Origin: an uncultured Candidatus Saccharibacteria bacterium
Lineage (GTDB): Bacteria > Patescibacteriota > Minisyncoccia > Phycocordibacterales > UBA918
Assembly (NCBI GenBank): GCA_964350985.1
Contig: CAYGLK010000002.1
Span: 165,406 to 229,405 of the forward strand
DNA length: 64,000 nucleotides
Direction: 5' to 3'
Positions 49,614 through 56,996 of this stretch are shown one piece after another (the stretch's first letter is position 1; each line of letters opens with the position of its first letter). The position numbers and the translations under genes were made by a program. The notes beneath the pieces are model-generated. The model was not told the DNA's origin and did not search any database. It was given only the letters and a program-made list of their open reading frames with translations.

Positions 49614-49634
49614 TTACTCTACTATGTCCAAAAT
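49614..49634. promoter_or_regulatory. Perfect palindrome ATGTCCAAAATATGGACAT upstream of TrmB-like gene 49671..50441 (candidate operator)
   Basis: 7-bp arms, 5-nt spacer, in an AT-rich promoter region. Confidence 0.4.
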
Positions 49635-49670
49635 ATGGACATAATAGATACTGTTTGATATCATTAAGCA

Positions 49671-50441
49671 ATGAAAAAGTGGACAAAACAGCAGTGTACA
49701 ATACTGGGAATAGACAACAAAGAAGCAAGGATTCTTGATGTATTATCTAGCACGGCAGGAACAAATACTGTAGCCGTAGCAGAAAAATCTTTTATTCCAC
49801 GCATAACTACCAGACGGATATTACAAAAATTAGTGAGCCGAGGACTAGTCACGCGAACCAAACTCAAACAATCAATCAACTGGACATTAGTAAGTCCAAC
49901 AGTATTCGAAAAGAAAATCGCTTCAATATTTCAAGACTCTGATTTGTTCCATACTAGAAACATCGGTTTATCAGAAGTAGGTAGTCTAAATATCTACAGG
50001 GGTGTGAAAGAGATGATTGAAAGTAACCGCAAAATACTTATCGCACATACTGGTGAACGAGTACTAGCCATAGAGCCAAATGGAATTTGGAAGCACTTTG
50101 CGAAAATTGATCCTGAGCCAGTCCATCAATTAAATCTGTTACGGAAAGAAAAACAAATATTAATAGAGATGGTAGCAGAGGAAGGCTTTAAAGAGGTTAT
50201 AGGCAATATTGTCCATCCAAATGTAATCAATTCATTTATGTCTCTCGCTGTTGATATAAAAGTGGTACCTGCTGGTACTCTAGATTCTGCAACAGAAATT
50301 CTCATCTTTCGCGACCAATTATTATTTATGGATTGGGCACATTTAGTAGCAGTAGAAGTTAAAAATCCTAGTACACTTCGTGTCATCAAAGCAATGTTTC
50401 GAACACTTCAATCGAGTGGCTACGACTATGCTTTGAAATAA
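49671..50441 (+). CDS. Putative wHTH transcriptional regulator, TrmB-like paralog
   Basis: 256 aa; N-terminal LGIDNKEARILDVLSSTAGTNTVAVAEKSFIPRITTRRILQKLVSRGLV resembles the TrmB/MarR winged helix. Palindrome ATGTCCAAAATATGGACAT lies 40 nt upstream. Confidence 0.45.
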   Translation: MKKWTKQQCTILGIDNKEARILDVLSSTAGTNTVAVAEKSFIPRITTRRILQKLVSRGLVTRTKLKQSINWTLVSPTVFEKKIASIFQDSDLFHTRNIGLSEVGSLNIYRGVKEMIESNRKILIAHTGERVLAIEPNGIWKHFAKIDPEPVHQLNLLRKEKQILIEMVAEEGFKEVIGNIVHPNVINSFMSLAVDIKVVPAGTLDSATEILIFRDQLLFMDWAHLVAVEVKNPSTLRVIKAMFRTLQSSGYDYALK

Positions 50442-50453
50442 ATACGCAGCTAC

Positions 50454-50652
50454 GGGTGAGAAGAATCGGCGCCAGTTCTAAATAAAATTCTTCGTAAACT
50501 CGAATTTATATTAAGAACCCGCTGCCCCGTCGCTTCTGTACGGACGCTATGCCTTGCGTCCGGCTTCGCCAGAAGCTCTCTTCGATTCTTCTCACACGCT
50601 ACAAACAGCAACGGCCTCAATACATTCGTATTGAGGCCGGCCGATTTGTGCG
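50454..50652. repeat. C-element copy 1 (199 bp): bounded by inverted 15-17-nt copies of the tRNA-Gly(TCC) 3' end (GGGTGAGAAGAATCG ... CGATTCTTCTCACACGC), internally multi-hairpin, then hairpin ggcctcaatac-attc-gtattgaggcc
   Basis: Identical (by eye, 199/199 or near) to 55184-55382. Begins 13 nt after the stop of the TrmB-like gene 49671..50441. Confidence 0.7.
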
Positions 50653-50674
50653 CCTTGTGGGACGACGTTAGAAC
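50653..50674 (-). repeat. Junction 22-mer copy 2 (AAGTTCTAACGTCGTCCCACAAGG on minus), abutting the NUDIX 50677 stop codon and the 199-bp C-element
   Basis: Read directly. Confidence 0.6.
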
Positions 50675-50676
50675 TT

Positions 50677-51099
50677 TTATTGATGATTTGCAGGATCAAA
50701 CATTCCTAAAAGTTTTTTAGGTCCGTCAAAAAGTTCCATACCCTCAACATCGTCTTTGTTAACAAAGCGTATTTCAATACATTCATCTGAAGGTGTGAAA
50801 TTTAAATGCTCTAATTTAGTTTCATACAAAACATTAGCGATCCTTATTTCGGGGTGGTTTGTACTCCTGCCAGTTATGAAGTAGCTAGGGTTACTTGCTA
50901 TGTAAACTGCTTTCAGTCCCATCTCTTCCATTAATTCTCTAGGTAAATCTTCTTGAGGTGTAACGTCCCAATCTAAACCACCGCCCGGTAATTCCCATCG
51001 CCCGTTCTCCTCTTTACAGAGTAAGAATTTATCTTTTGTCTCGTTTAGAACTAAAGCTTTAACACTGACACGATAAAAACAGTTTGGTATTTCACTCAT
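50677..51099 (-). CDS. NUDIX hydrolase
   Basis: 140 aa; Nudix box GGGLDWDVTPQEDLPRELMEEMGL. Preceded by family-B leader with 13-codon uORF. Confidence 0.75.
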   Translation of the reverse strand: MSEIPNCFYRVSVKALVLNETKDKFLLCKEENGRWELPGGGLDWDVTPQEDLPRELMEEMGLKAVYIASNPSYFITGRSTNHPEIRIANVLYETKLEHLNFTPSDECIEIRFVNKDDVEGMELFDGPKKLLGMFDPANHQ

Positions 51100-51116
51100 A
51101 AATATATTTTATGTTT

Positions 51117-51188
51117 TTAATAGGTGCCAAGACGCTGCGCCTCCGGCTCTGATAGCATTAAGTTACCTGAGGAGTGGTTATGTTGCAA
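51117..51188 (-). promoter_or_regulatory. Repeat family B copy 2: TTGCAA -35 box plus 13-codon leaderless uORF MLSEPEAQRLGTY* (51117..51158) 17 nt upstream of the NUDIX 50677..51099 start
   Basis: Direct sequence comparison with copy 1; uORF translated by hand. Confidence 0.55.
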
Positions 51189-51202
51189 GTTTTGAGCCTT
51201 AG

Positions 51203-52006
51203 TTAGTCACTAAAAAGCTCTTTTTTATATGTATTTTTTATTTGCTCAACTCCTTTATCTGTTTCAATTTCACAAGAAGAATAATTAGTCTCGTTTATAT
51301 AAAGTCGCTTGCTACCAAAATCAAAACGTTTGCACCAATCTCCATGAACATTATCTACTTTATGTTGGCTATTTTTATTTAAATATCCTATTTCTATAAC
51401 TGAACCAGAAATATTCGTTAGATCTAATAAATCTTGAATTGGAAAGAGGCTGTAGTAAATTGAAGGAATGCTTCCTGAAGCGGTAAATGTCTTCCTAATC
51501 AATACATCATACTGACCATGTTTATTTTTAACATCTGAAACAAAGTTTTGCTCTGCATTAGAAAGATTTGTGTCATTTTTGAGAATCTCTGTCTTCCAAG
51601 TAGTTTTATATTCTCCATTATTATGTTGAAAAGAAATATCACTCAAAATTTCTTCTGGCGCATTTGAATAGCTTTGGTTCCAAATGCAAAACTCTTTTTC
51701 ACTATCAAGTTTACGGGTAGTCTGAATAGTATGGGAATTTTTTCCGGTAGTATATTTAACAGTTTCCTTTACTTCATTGTCACCAATTTTAAGAAATCCA
51801 TTTTTTTCGAAATCAGTTAGGGTATCTAGTACGACCCACTCGTTTTGCGGAGGTAAACCAAAAACTTCTACCCACCCAAGAAAGGTGTGGTACCGAGGCA
51901 AAACAATAGAAACCTGTTTACCATTAATTTCTAATTTAACGTCGTAGTAGTAAACATTATCTTTATATTCTTTAAATGAAATGTCCAGATTGCCTATTTT
52001 CTTCAT
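51203..52006 (-). CDS. Hypothetical protein
   Basis: 267 aa, AT-rich, no motif recognised. Leaderless-type promoter module directly upstream. Confidence 0.45.
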   Translation of the reverse strand: MKKIGNLDISFKEYKDNVYYYDVKLEINGKQVSIVLPRYHTFLGWVEVFGLPPQNEWVVLDTLTDFEKNGFLKIGDNEVKETVKYTTGKNSHTIQTTRKLDSEKEFCIWNQSYSNAPEEILSDISFQHNNGEYKTTWKTEILKNDTNLSNAEQNFVSDVKNKHGQYDVLIRKTFTASGSIPSIYYSLFPIQDLLDLTNISGSVIEIGYLNKNSQHKVDNVHGDWCKRFDFGSKRLYINETNYSSCEIETDKGVEQIKNTYKKELFSD

Positions 52007-52008
52007 AG

Positions 52009-52050
52009 TTTGATTATAGCAAAACTAACCTTTTGGGATGATGTTAGAAC
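52009..52050 (-). promoter_or_regulatory. Junction module A copy 3: 22-mer overlapping the NUDIX 52044 stop (…EKF-TAA-C…) plus TGcTATAAT-N7-ATG of gene 51203..52006
   Basis: Read directly. Confidence 0.55.
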
Positions 52051-52508
52051 TTTTCTTGAGTATCAGGAAAAGCAAGATTATAAAATTGCTTGAAAAGAGG
52101 AGATATGTTACTTGGTAAGTTATCTTTATCAAACCAGCCTGCTTCTTTAATTTCGTTTAGGTCGATTGTAATTTCACCCTCATTAGCATTAGCAAAAAAG
52201 ACATGGATAGTGTCTTTCTTAAACTCCCCATTATATTTAATTGAACCAAGTTGCTTAATGTTTTTTAACGACAAACCAACTTCTTCTTTCACTTCTCGAA
52301 TTACAGCTTGCTCAAGACTCTCACCCATTTTGATTCCTCCACCAACAGTCGTAAGTAGAGGACTGCCGTATGTATGTTTAATTAAAAGTATTTTGTTTTC
52401 GAGAGTAACAACACATCGGACACCTTCAGTTGTTGGTCTTCTTAAAAACCAATAAGCCTGCAGTACAGGGTAACCAATTTTGTAGAGAGTAGCTTTACTG
52501 AAAATCAT
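52044..52508 (-). CDS. NUDIX hydrolase
   Basis: 154 aa; Nudix box GGGIKMGESLEQAVIREVKEEVGL. Ends ...EKF* inside the junction 22-mer. Confidence 0.75.
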   Translation of the reverse strand: MIFSKATLYKIGYPVLQAYWFLRRPTTEGVRCVVTLENKILLIKHTYGSPLLTTVGGGIKMGESLEQAVIREVKEEVGLSLKNIKQLGSIKYNGEFKKDTIHVFFANANEGEITIDLNEIKEAGWFDKDNLPSNISPLFKQFYNLAFPDTQEKF

Positions 52509-52528
52509 TCACCTACTATAGCAAACTT

Positions 52529-52714
52529 GCGGGTGAGAAGAATCGGGGTCAAGTTTCTAAATAAAATTGTTCGCTAGCTCCAATTTTACTAAGAACTTTC
52601 TCCCCGGACTCGCAGGCCCAAAGGGTCCCCTGCTCCGTCTTTCGATTCTTCTCACCCGCTACCAACGGCAAAGGCCGCCAATGCTTTCGCATTGGCGGCC
52701 TGCCGATTGGTGCA
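52529..52714. repeat. Divergent C-like element: same terminal inverted tRNA-Gly 3'-end copies (GCGGGTGAGAAGAATCG ... CGATTCTTCTCACCCGC) and same helix layout, with compensatory substitutions (aaaattg/caatttt vs aaaattc/gaattt; hairpin ggccgccaatgc-tttc-gcattggcggcc)
   Basis: Aligned by eye to copy 1; stems conserved, sequences differ. Confidence 0.55.
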
Positions 52715-52736
52715 CCTTGTGGGACGGCGTTAGAAC
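52715..52736 (-). repeat. Junction 22-mer copy 4, overlapping the stop of the HExxH gene (…GEKF-TAA-CGCCGTCCCACAAGG) and abutting the divergent C-element
   Basis: Read directly. Confidence 0.6.
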
Positions 52737-53182
52737 TTTTCTCCAACCTGAACCAAAGGGGCTTTATTTTCAATAAATGTTAGTTTTCGTTTATCTCTTA
52801 AATAATTGAACAAACTAAAGATTTGTCTATTTTTCAAATAATTTAAATTTTCTTGGTTGCGATAAGCTTCTTGTTCAACAGCTCGGTATAAGTATCTATT
52901 TTCCGGATTGAGTCTTAAGAGTAAACCAGAGTAAATATCTTCTATAAATCCCAGAACCAAACAACCAATGAATAAGGTTTCCAATTGTTGTCGGAAATGA
53001 ATTCTTTCATGGTTTATAAAGACAGGAGTTGCATATTCTTCTTTACGGACAAAAATAAAAGGAAATATTGCTGCCGCTTTTGCTTTTTGAGCCCCACTTT
53101 TACCAGATGAAAAATATCCAGCTATTTTTACTAGTAGCTCTGATTCAATAATATTTGCCCCATGTTTCCGACAGAGTTGCAT
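52730..53182 (-). CDS. Hypothetical protein with HExxH motif (possible small zinc hydrolase)
   Basis: 150 aa; HERIH motif. Ends ...EKF* inside the junction 22-mer. Confidence 0.4.
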   Translation of the reverse strand: MQLCRKHGANIIESELLVKIAGYFSSGKSGAQKAKAAAIFPFIFVRKEEYATPVFINHERIHFRQQLETLFIGCLVLGFIEDIYSGLLLRLNPENRYLYRAVEQEAYRNQENLNYLKNRQIFSLFNYLRDKRKLTFIENKAPLVQVGEKF

Positions 53183-53204
53183 TAGCAGATTATATCAAAA
53201 AACT

Positions 53205-53240
53205 TTAATGCGGGTGAGAAGATCGGTCACGAATCACTAA
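53205..53240. repeat. Solo element end GCGGGTGAGAAGATCGGTCACGAATCACTAAGTATATTTGTTC, directly upstream of the HExxH gene promoter
   Basis: Reverse complement recurs fused to a tRNA-Pro 3'-end copy at 61053-61117. Confidence 0.5.
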
Positions 53241-53306
53241 GTATATTTGTTCAAATAAAAAAACCGCGCAGTGGTACTGCGCGGGTTTGGTATACCATCA
53301 GGTTCT

Positions 53307-54248
53307 TCAACAGTTGCTAAGTTCGGCTCGAATCTGATTCACAGCCTTCTCCACGTACCCATCGTATGCGTCTAACTTTTTCACTTCTTCGTCATTGTAT
53401 AGGTCAATACCTATATTCATTGGTATCACAGAAATCTGCATGAACTGATGAGTAAGGGCGTGACTGAATAGGTACTTCGCCGGAGATCTCAGCGTCACTA
53501 CATCTTTCATGAGTATATCGATAGCCAAAAGTTCCTCCAGTACCTTACTTTCACTTTCTAACTGAAAGGTTTCACCTAGAGACACATGTCTGTTGCCAAA
53601 CAGACAGTGTTTTATTGTTGCTATGGTCGAGGGCTCGTACTTACCCTGACCTCTGTAGTCCTGAAAGAGGCGCCATAACACGAAACCACTCCAAAGTACT
53701 TTAATCTCCCTCTCGGCTAAACCCATCGCTTCGGTGTCGCCACCAAAGGACTTTTGTAACTCGAAAAGTTGTTTCATCTTTCTGACGAAGTACTTCTTTT
53801 GTATTACTGCTTCGTCTTCATCAAGATGAAACCGTTCTCTCCGCTCGAAATTGCCTCTAATACAGGGGAGTTTGGCACTCTGGCCGTTGTCCTGGTACCA
53901 GAGACTCATTGTCGCATCGACATAGAGTTGAGCCTGTTCTTTTGTGAACAGCTGCTTGTCTACCAGTTTTTGCGACACCAACAATGACAGAACTAACCGT
54001 GAAAGTGGCATGAATGTGTCCTCATAGAACTGCTGTTTCACTGCGTCGTAAAGCACATTGCTGCCGTAGAACTCAATAACTTCCTTGTTTGAGAAGTACA
54101 CATCGTCTATGGCGATTACAAAAGTCTGCCAGTAGACACTATCTCCGACAAAGCTGTAACCGGACTCCTCTATGCGCTGAACGATCTGCTTTGCATAGTT
54201 AAGTAAAAACGACTCAAATTCTTCAGGTTTTTCGAATCCTTTAAACAT
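53307..54248 (-). CDS. Hypothetical protein
   Basis: 313 aa; terminator hairpin 53259-53284 follows on the minus strand. Confidence 0.45.
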   Translation of the reverse strand: MFKGFEKPEEFESFLLNYAKQIVQRIEESGYSFVGDSVYWQTFVIAIDDVYFSNKEVIEFYGSNVLYDAVKQQFYEDTFMPLSRLVLSLLVSQKLVDKQLFTKEQAQLYVDATMSLWYQDNGQSAKLPCIRGNFERRERFHLDEDEAVIQKKYFVRKMKQLFELQKSFGGDTEAMGLAEREIKVLWSGFVLWRLFQDYRGQGKYEPSTIATIKHCLFGNRHVSLGETFQLESESKVLEELLAIDILMKDVVTLRSPAKYLFSHALTHQFMQISVIPMNIGIDLYNDEEVKKLDAYDGYVEKAVNQIRAELSNC

Positions 54249-54423
54249 TGTTTTTCCTCCCTTTATGGGCTTTGTGTAAACGAACTGTTTTAACCGATAT
54301 TAAGATACAATATAAAATACTATATGTCAATAATCTCGTCACTTAGTCACGTCTATATTCAGAATACTGTTGTTTTATAATAGCATTTATGTTATATTTA
54401 TTTTGACAAAATTGTCGTCATTT

Positions 54424-55155
54424 ATGAAAAATAACTACCTAACTGCTTCCGGTCTTGATGAAAAGGAATCTACCGCCTATATAGCTCTACTTGAGCTCGG
54501 AGAGGCAACCATGAGTGAACTTACAAAGAAATCAGAACTAAAAAGGTCGACTCTATATTTTATTGTTGAAGCACTTCACAAAAAAAGATTGATTGGTATT
54601 GTAAAAAAGGGGAAGAAAACCGTCTACTCGGCCGAAGACCCCAAAAGGCTCCTTGAGCAAGCCGACGAGAACCGACGCAATCTTGAATATGCGATGCCAG
54701 AACTTTTATCTGTTGCCAACAATATTGTCAAAAAGCCAAAGGTGAGATTTTTTGAAGGGGTGGACGGTATCAAAGAAGTGTACAGGGATATTCTTAGATA
54801 CCCTGATAATAAGATTTGCGCTTGGGTATCGGAGTCGATGATTACAGAATTTGATTCAAGCTTTATTACTGACCACTATATTCCGAAACGGCTTGAAAAG
54901 AAAATTTGGGCAGAGGTGATTGCCTCTGATACTACTGTTGGTAAGGATTTTAAGTCTAAGGATCTTGAGGCGCTACGAAAAACAAGGCTGCTCGATGAGT
55001 CGCAATTCCCTCTTTCGATTGAAATTAGTCTCTATGGTAAAGATAAAATTGGTTTTATGTCGATAGATGACAAACTTGGCCTCATTGTGGAAAGTAAACC
55101 CATAGCTGACACATTAAAGAGCATATTCAAAGCACAATGGGATTCTCTGTCTTGA
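54424..55155 (+). CDS. TrmB family transcriptional regulator
   Basis: N-terminal wHTH TAYIALLELGEATMSELTKKSELKRSTLYFIVEALHKKRLI plus C-terminal TrmB-like domain. Start set at MKNNYL. Confidence 0.55.
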   Translation: MKNNYLTASGLDEKESTAYIALLELGEATMSELTKKSELKRSTLYFIVEALHKKRLIGIVKKGKKTVYSAEDPKRLLEQADENRRNLEYAMPELLSVANNIVKKPKVRFFEGVDGIKEVYRDILRYPDNKICAWVSESMITEFDSSFITDHYIPKRLEKKIWAEVIASDTTVGKDFKSKDLEALRKTRLLDESQFPLSIEISLYGKDKIGFMSIDDKLGLIVESKPIADTLKSIFKAQWDSLS

Positions 55156-55183
55156 TCGTATTCATAAAATAAAGTTAAATTTC

Positions 55184-55382
55184 GGGTGAGAAGAATCGGC
55201 GCCAGTTCTAAATAAAATTCTTCGTAAACTCGAATTTATATTAAGAACCCGCTGCCCCGTCGCTTCTGTACGGACGCTATGCCTTGCGTCCGGCTTCGCC
55301 AGAAGCTCTCTTCGATTCTTCTCACACGCTACAAACAGCAACGGCCTCAATACATTCGTATTGAGGCCGGCCGATTTGTGCG
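55184..55382. repeat. C-element copy 2 (199 bp), directly downstream of TrmB gene 54424..55155
   Basis: Near-identical to 50454-50652. Confidence 0.7.
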
Positions 55383-55590
55383 GGTGAGAAGATCGGTCAC
55401 GAGTTACTAACTATAATAGTTCGCTTCGCTCCTTTTCTAGTAAGTACTCTCGACCCCAGCTCGCTCATTGCTACGCAATATCGCTGCGCTTTTCGATTCT
55501 TCACGCAAAGCGCGCAGGCGCTTTGCTTCACCCGCACACTATGTTTCAAACGAAAAAGCCCCTTGAAGGGCTTTTTCGGAAACATATGTG
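55382..55590. repeat. Second element between C-copy 2 and tRNA-Gly(TCC): starts GCGGGTGAGAAGATCGGTCACGAGTTAC (same variant end as 53209-53240), ends with an interrupted tRNA-Gly 3' end (ttcgattcttc-[acgcaaagcgcgcaggcgctttgc]-ttcacccgc), then hairpin/T-run 55546-55578
   Basis: Read directly; the shared 5' segment with 53209-53240 is about 26 nt. Confidence 0.5.
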
Positions 55591-55661
55591 TGCGGGTGAG
55601 AAGAATCGAACTCCCGACTACTGCTTGGAAGGCAGTCGTTTTACCACTAAACTACACCCGC
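55591..55661 (-). tRNA. tRNA-Gly (anticodon TCC)
   Basis: Manual fold of the reverse complement: acceptor GCGGGTG/CACCCGC, D-arm GTTT-AGTGGTA-AAAC, anticodon loop CTTCCAA, T-loop TTCGATT, discriminator A; no encoded CCA. Confidence 0.8.
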
Positions 55662-55846
55662 AAGTGAGGTACTAAAAGAAAGTTTATTTTCTTTTATGTG
55701 CCGAATGCAGCAGGTGAAAGCTATGCTTACACCTCGCAACACTCAACTACCAGCTTACTCTAACTAAACCGTTAAACAATTCAGTACGCACGATTCTACC
55801 ACCATTGGGCTAAAAATTCCACCAGGGCTTGCTATACTATTTAAAT

Positions 55847-56941
55847 ATGCAATTTTTAACCGAAGTTTTTATTACGATCATTACAGCTTACTTGGCTTTC
55901 ACAAACCAGCTAGCAGACACTATTATTAATGTAATTGGAGCTGATGAAGAGGCTGAAGAAGTAGAAATGGTTGAAGATGAGGAAGGAATGAGTCTTAGAA
56001 ACCTACCCAGCCAGTTTGGCTCTAAGAGTCTACCTGACATCTTGCTTCGAAGTGCAGCTTACCAGAGAGCTTCTGCCCTAACAGCTGATGACTCTGGCGT
56101 TGTTTCAGAAGATCCCGCTGAAGCGTTGGTAAACATCTTTTGTACTTTCACTAGTCCAACAACTATCAGAACGACAACTGGTTCTGGCTTCTTCGTTCAT
56201 AGTGACGGTGTAATACTCACGAATGCTCATGTGGCTCAATACCTACTCTTAGGTTCTACTGACATTTTAGGTGACGCAGAGTGTATCGTCAGACAAGGAA
56301 ATCCTGCTAGTCCTAAGTATCAAGCCGGCCTTCTCTACATACCTCCAACCTGGGTTCAGGAGAACGCTAGTCTAATTAATGACTCAGCTCCAACTGGAAC
56401 TGGAGAGCGAGACTATGCTCTGCTATACATAACTAAGTCAATCGACAATTCTCCTCTACCAGATACCTTCCCGGCCCTGTCAGTGGATTCTGAGTTATTG
56501 CCTCGTACTGCTTCAGGAAAAGAAGTAACTGCTGCTGGCTATCCGGCTACTGCCTTGATTAAAAGTGGCCCTAGCGCACAACTTTTAGCTGTACTATCTA
56601 CTACCACTATCTCTGAGTTGTATACGTTTGGATCAAACTACGCTGATGTCTTTTCTATTCGCGGTAGTACAGTTGGAGCTGAAGGATCTTCAGGTGGTCC
56701 GATAGTAAATAAAGATGGTGACGTTATCGGAATGATTGTTACTCGTGGAGATGATAAGACTGATGGAGTAGGAAGTTTGAGAGCTATTACTACCTCTTAT
56801 ATTCACCGAACCATCCTCGAAGAAACCGGATTTTCTTTAGCGAGAAATATTAGTGGTAACTTAGCTTCAAGATCACAAATATTCACGAGCACAGTCGCTC
56901 CGTTTATGATTGATCTGCTATCTCAAGAGCTTGGTAACTAA
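55847..56941 (+). CDS. Trypsin-like (S1 family) secreted serine protease
   Basis: Catalytic His context FFVHSDGVILTNAHV and Ser context GSSGGPIV; N-terminal TM/signal. Start likely MQFLTEV. Confidence 0.75.
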   Translation: MQFLTEVFITIITAYLAFTNQLADTIINVIGADEEAEEVEMVEDEEGMSLRNLPSQFGSKSLPDILLRSAAYQRASALTADDSGVVSEDPAEALVNIFCTFTSPTTIRTTTGSGFFVHSDGVILTNAHVAQYLLLGSTDILGDAECIVRQGNPASPKYQAGLLYIPPTWVQENASLINDSAPTGTGERDYALLYITKSIDNSPLPDTFPALSVDSELLPRTASGKEVTAAGYPATALIKSGPSAQLLAVLSTTTISELYTFGSNYADVFSIRGSTVGAEGSSGGPIVNKDGDVIGMIVTRGDDKTDGVGSLRAITTSYIHRTILEETGFSLARNISGNLASRSQIFTSTVAPFMIDLLSQELGN

Positions 56942-56996
56942 TAAACAAAGATATAAAAAAGCGGCCCATGGGGCCGCTTTTTTATATCTCTTTAAA

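Noticed and set aside
52567-52776. 69-aa plus-strand ORF and 74-aa minus-strand ORF across the divergent C-element
   Set aside because: They lie within the structured repeat element, whose helices carry compensatory changes that suggest RNA/DNA-structure rather than coding constraint.
55184-55600. Possibility that the tandem repeats next to tRNA-Gly are a CRISPR array
   Set aside because: Units are about 150-200 bp, unequal and tRNA-derived at their ends, with no short regular repeat-spacer periodicity and no cas genes.
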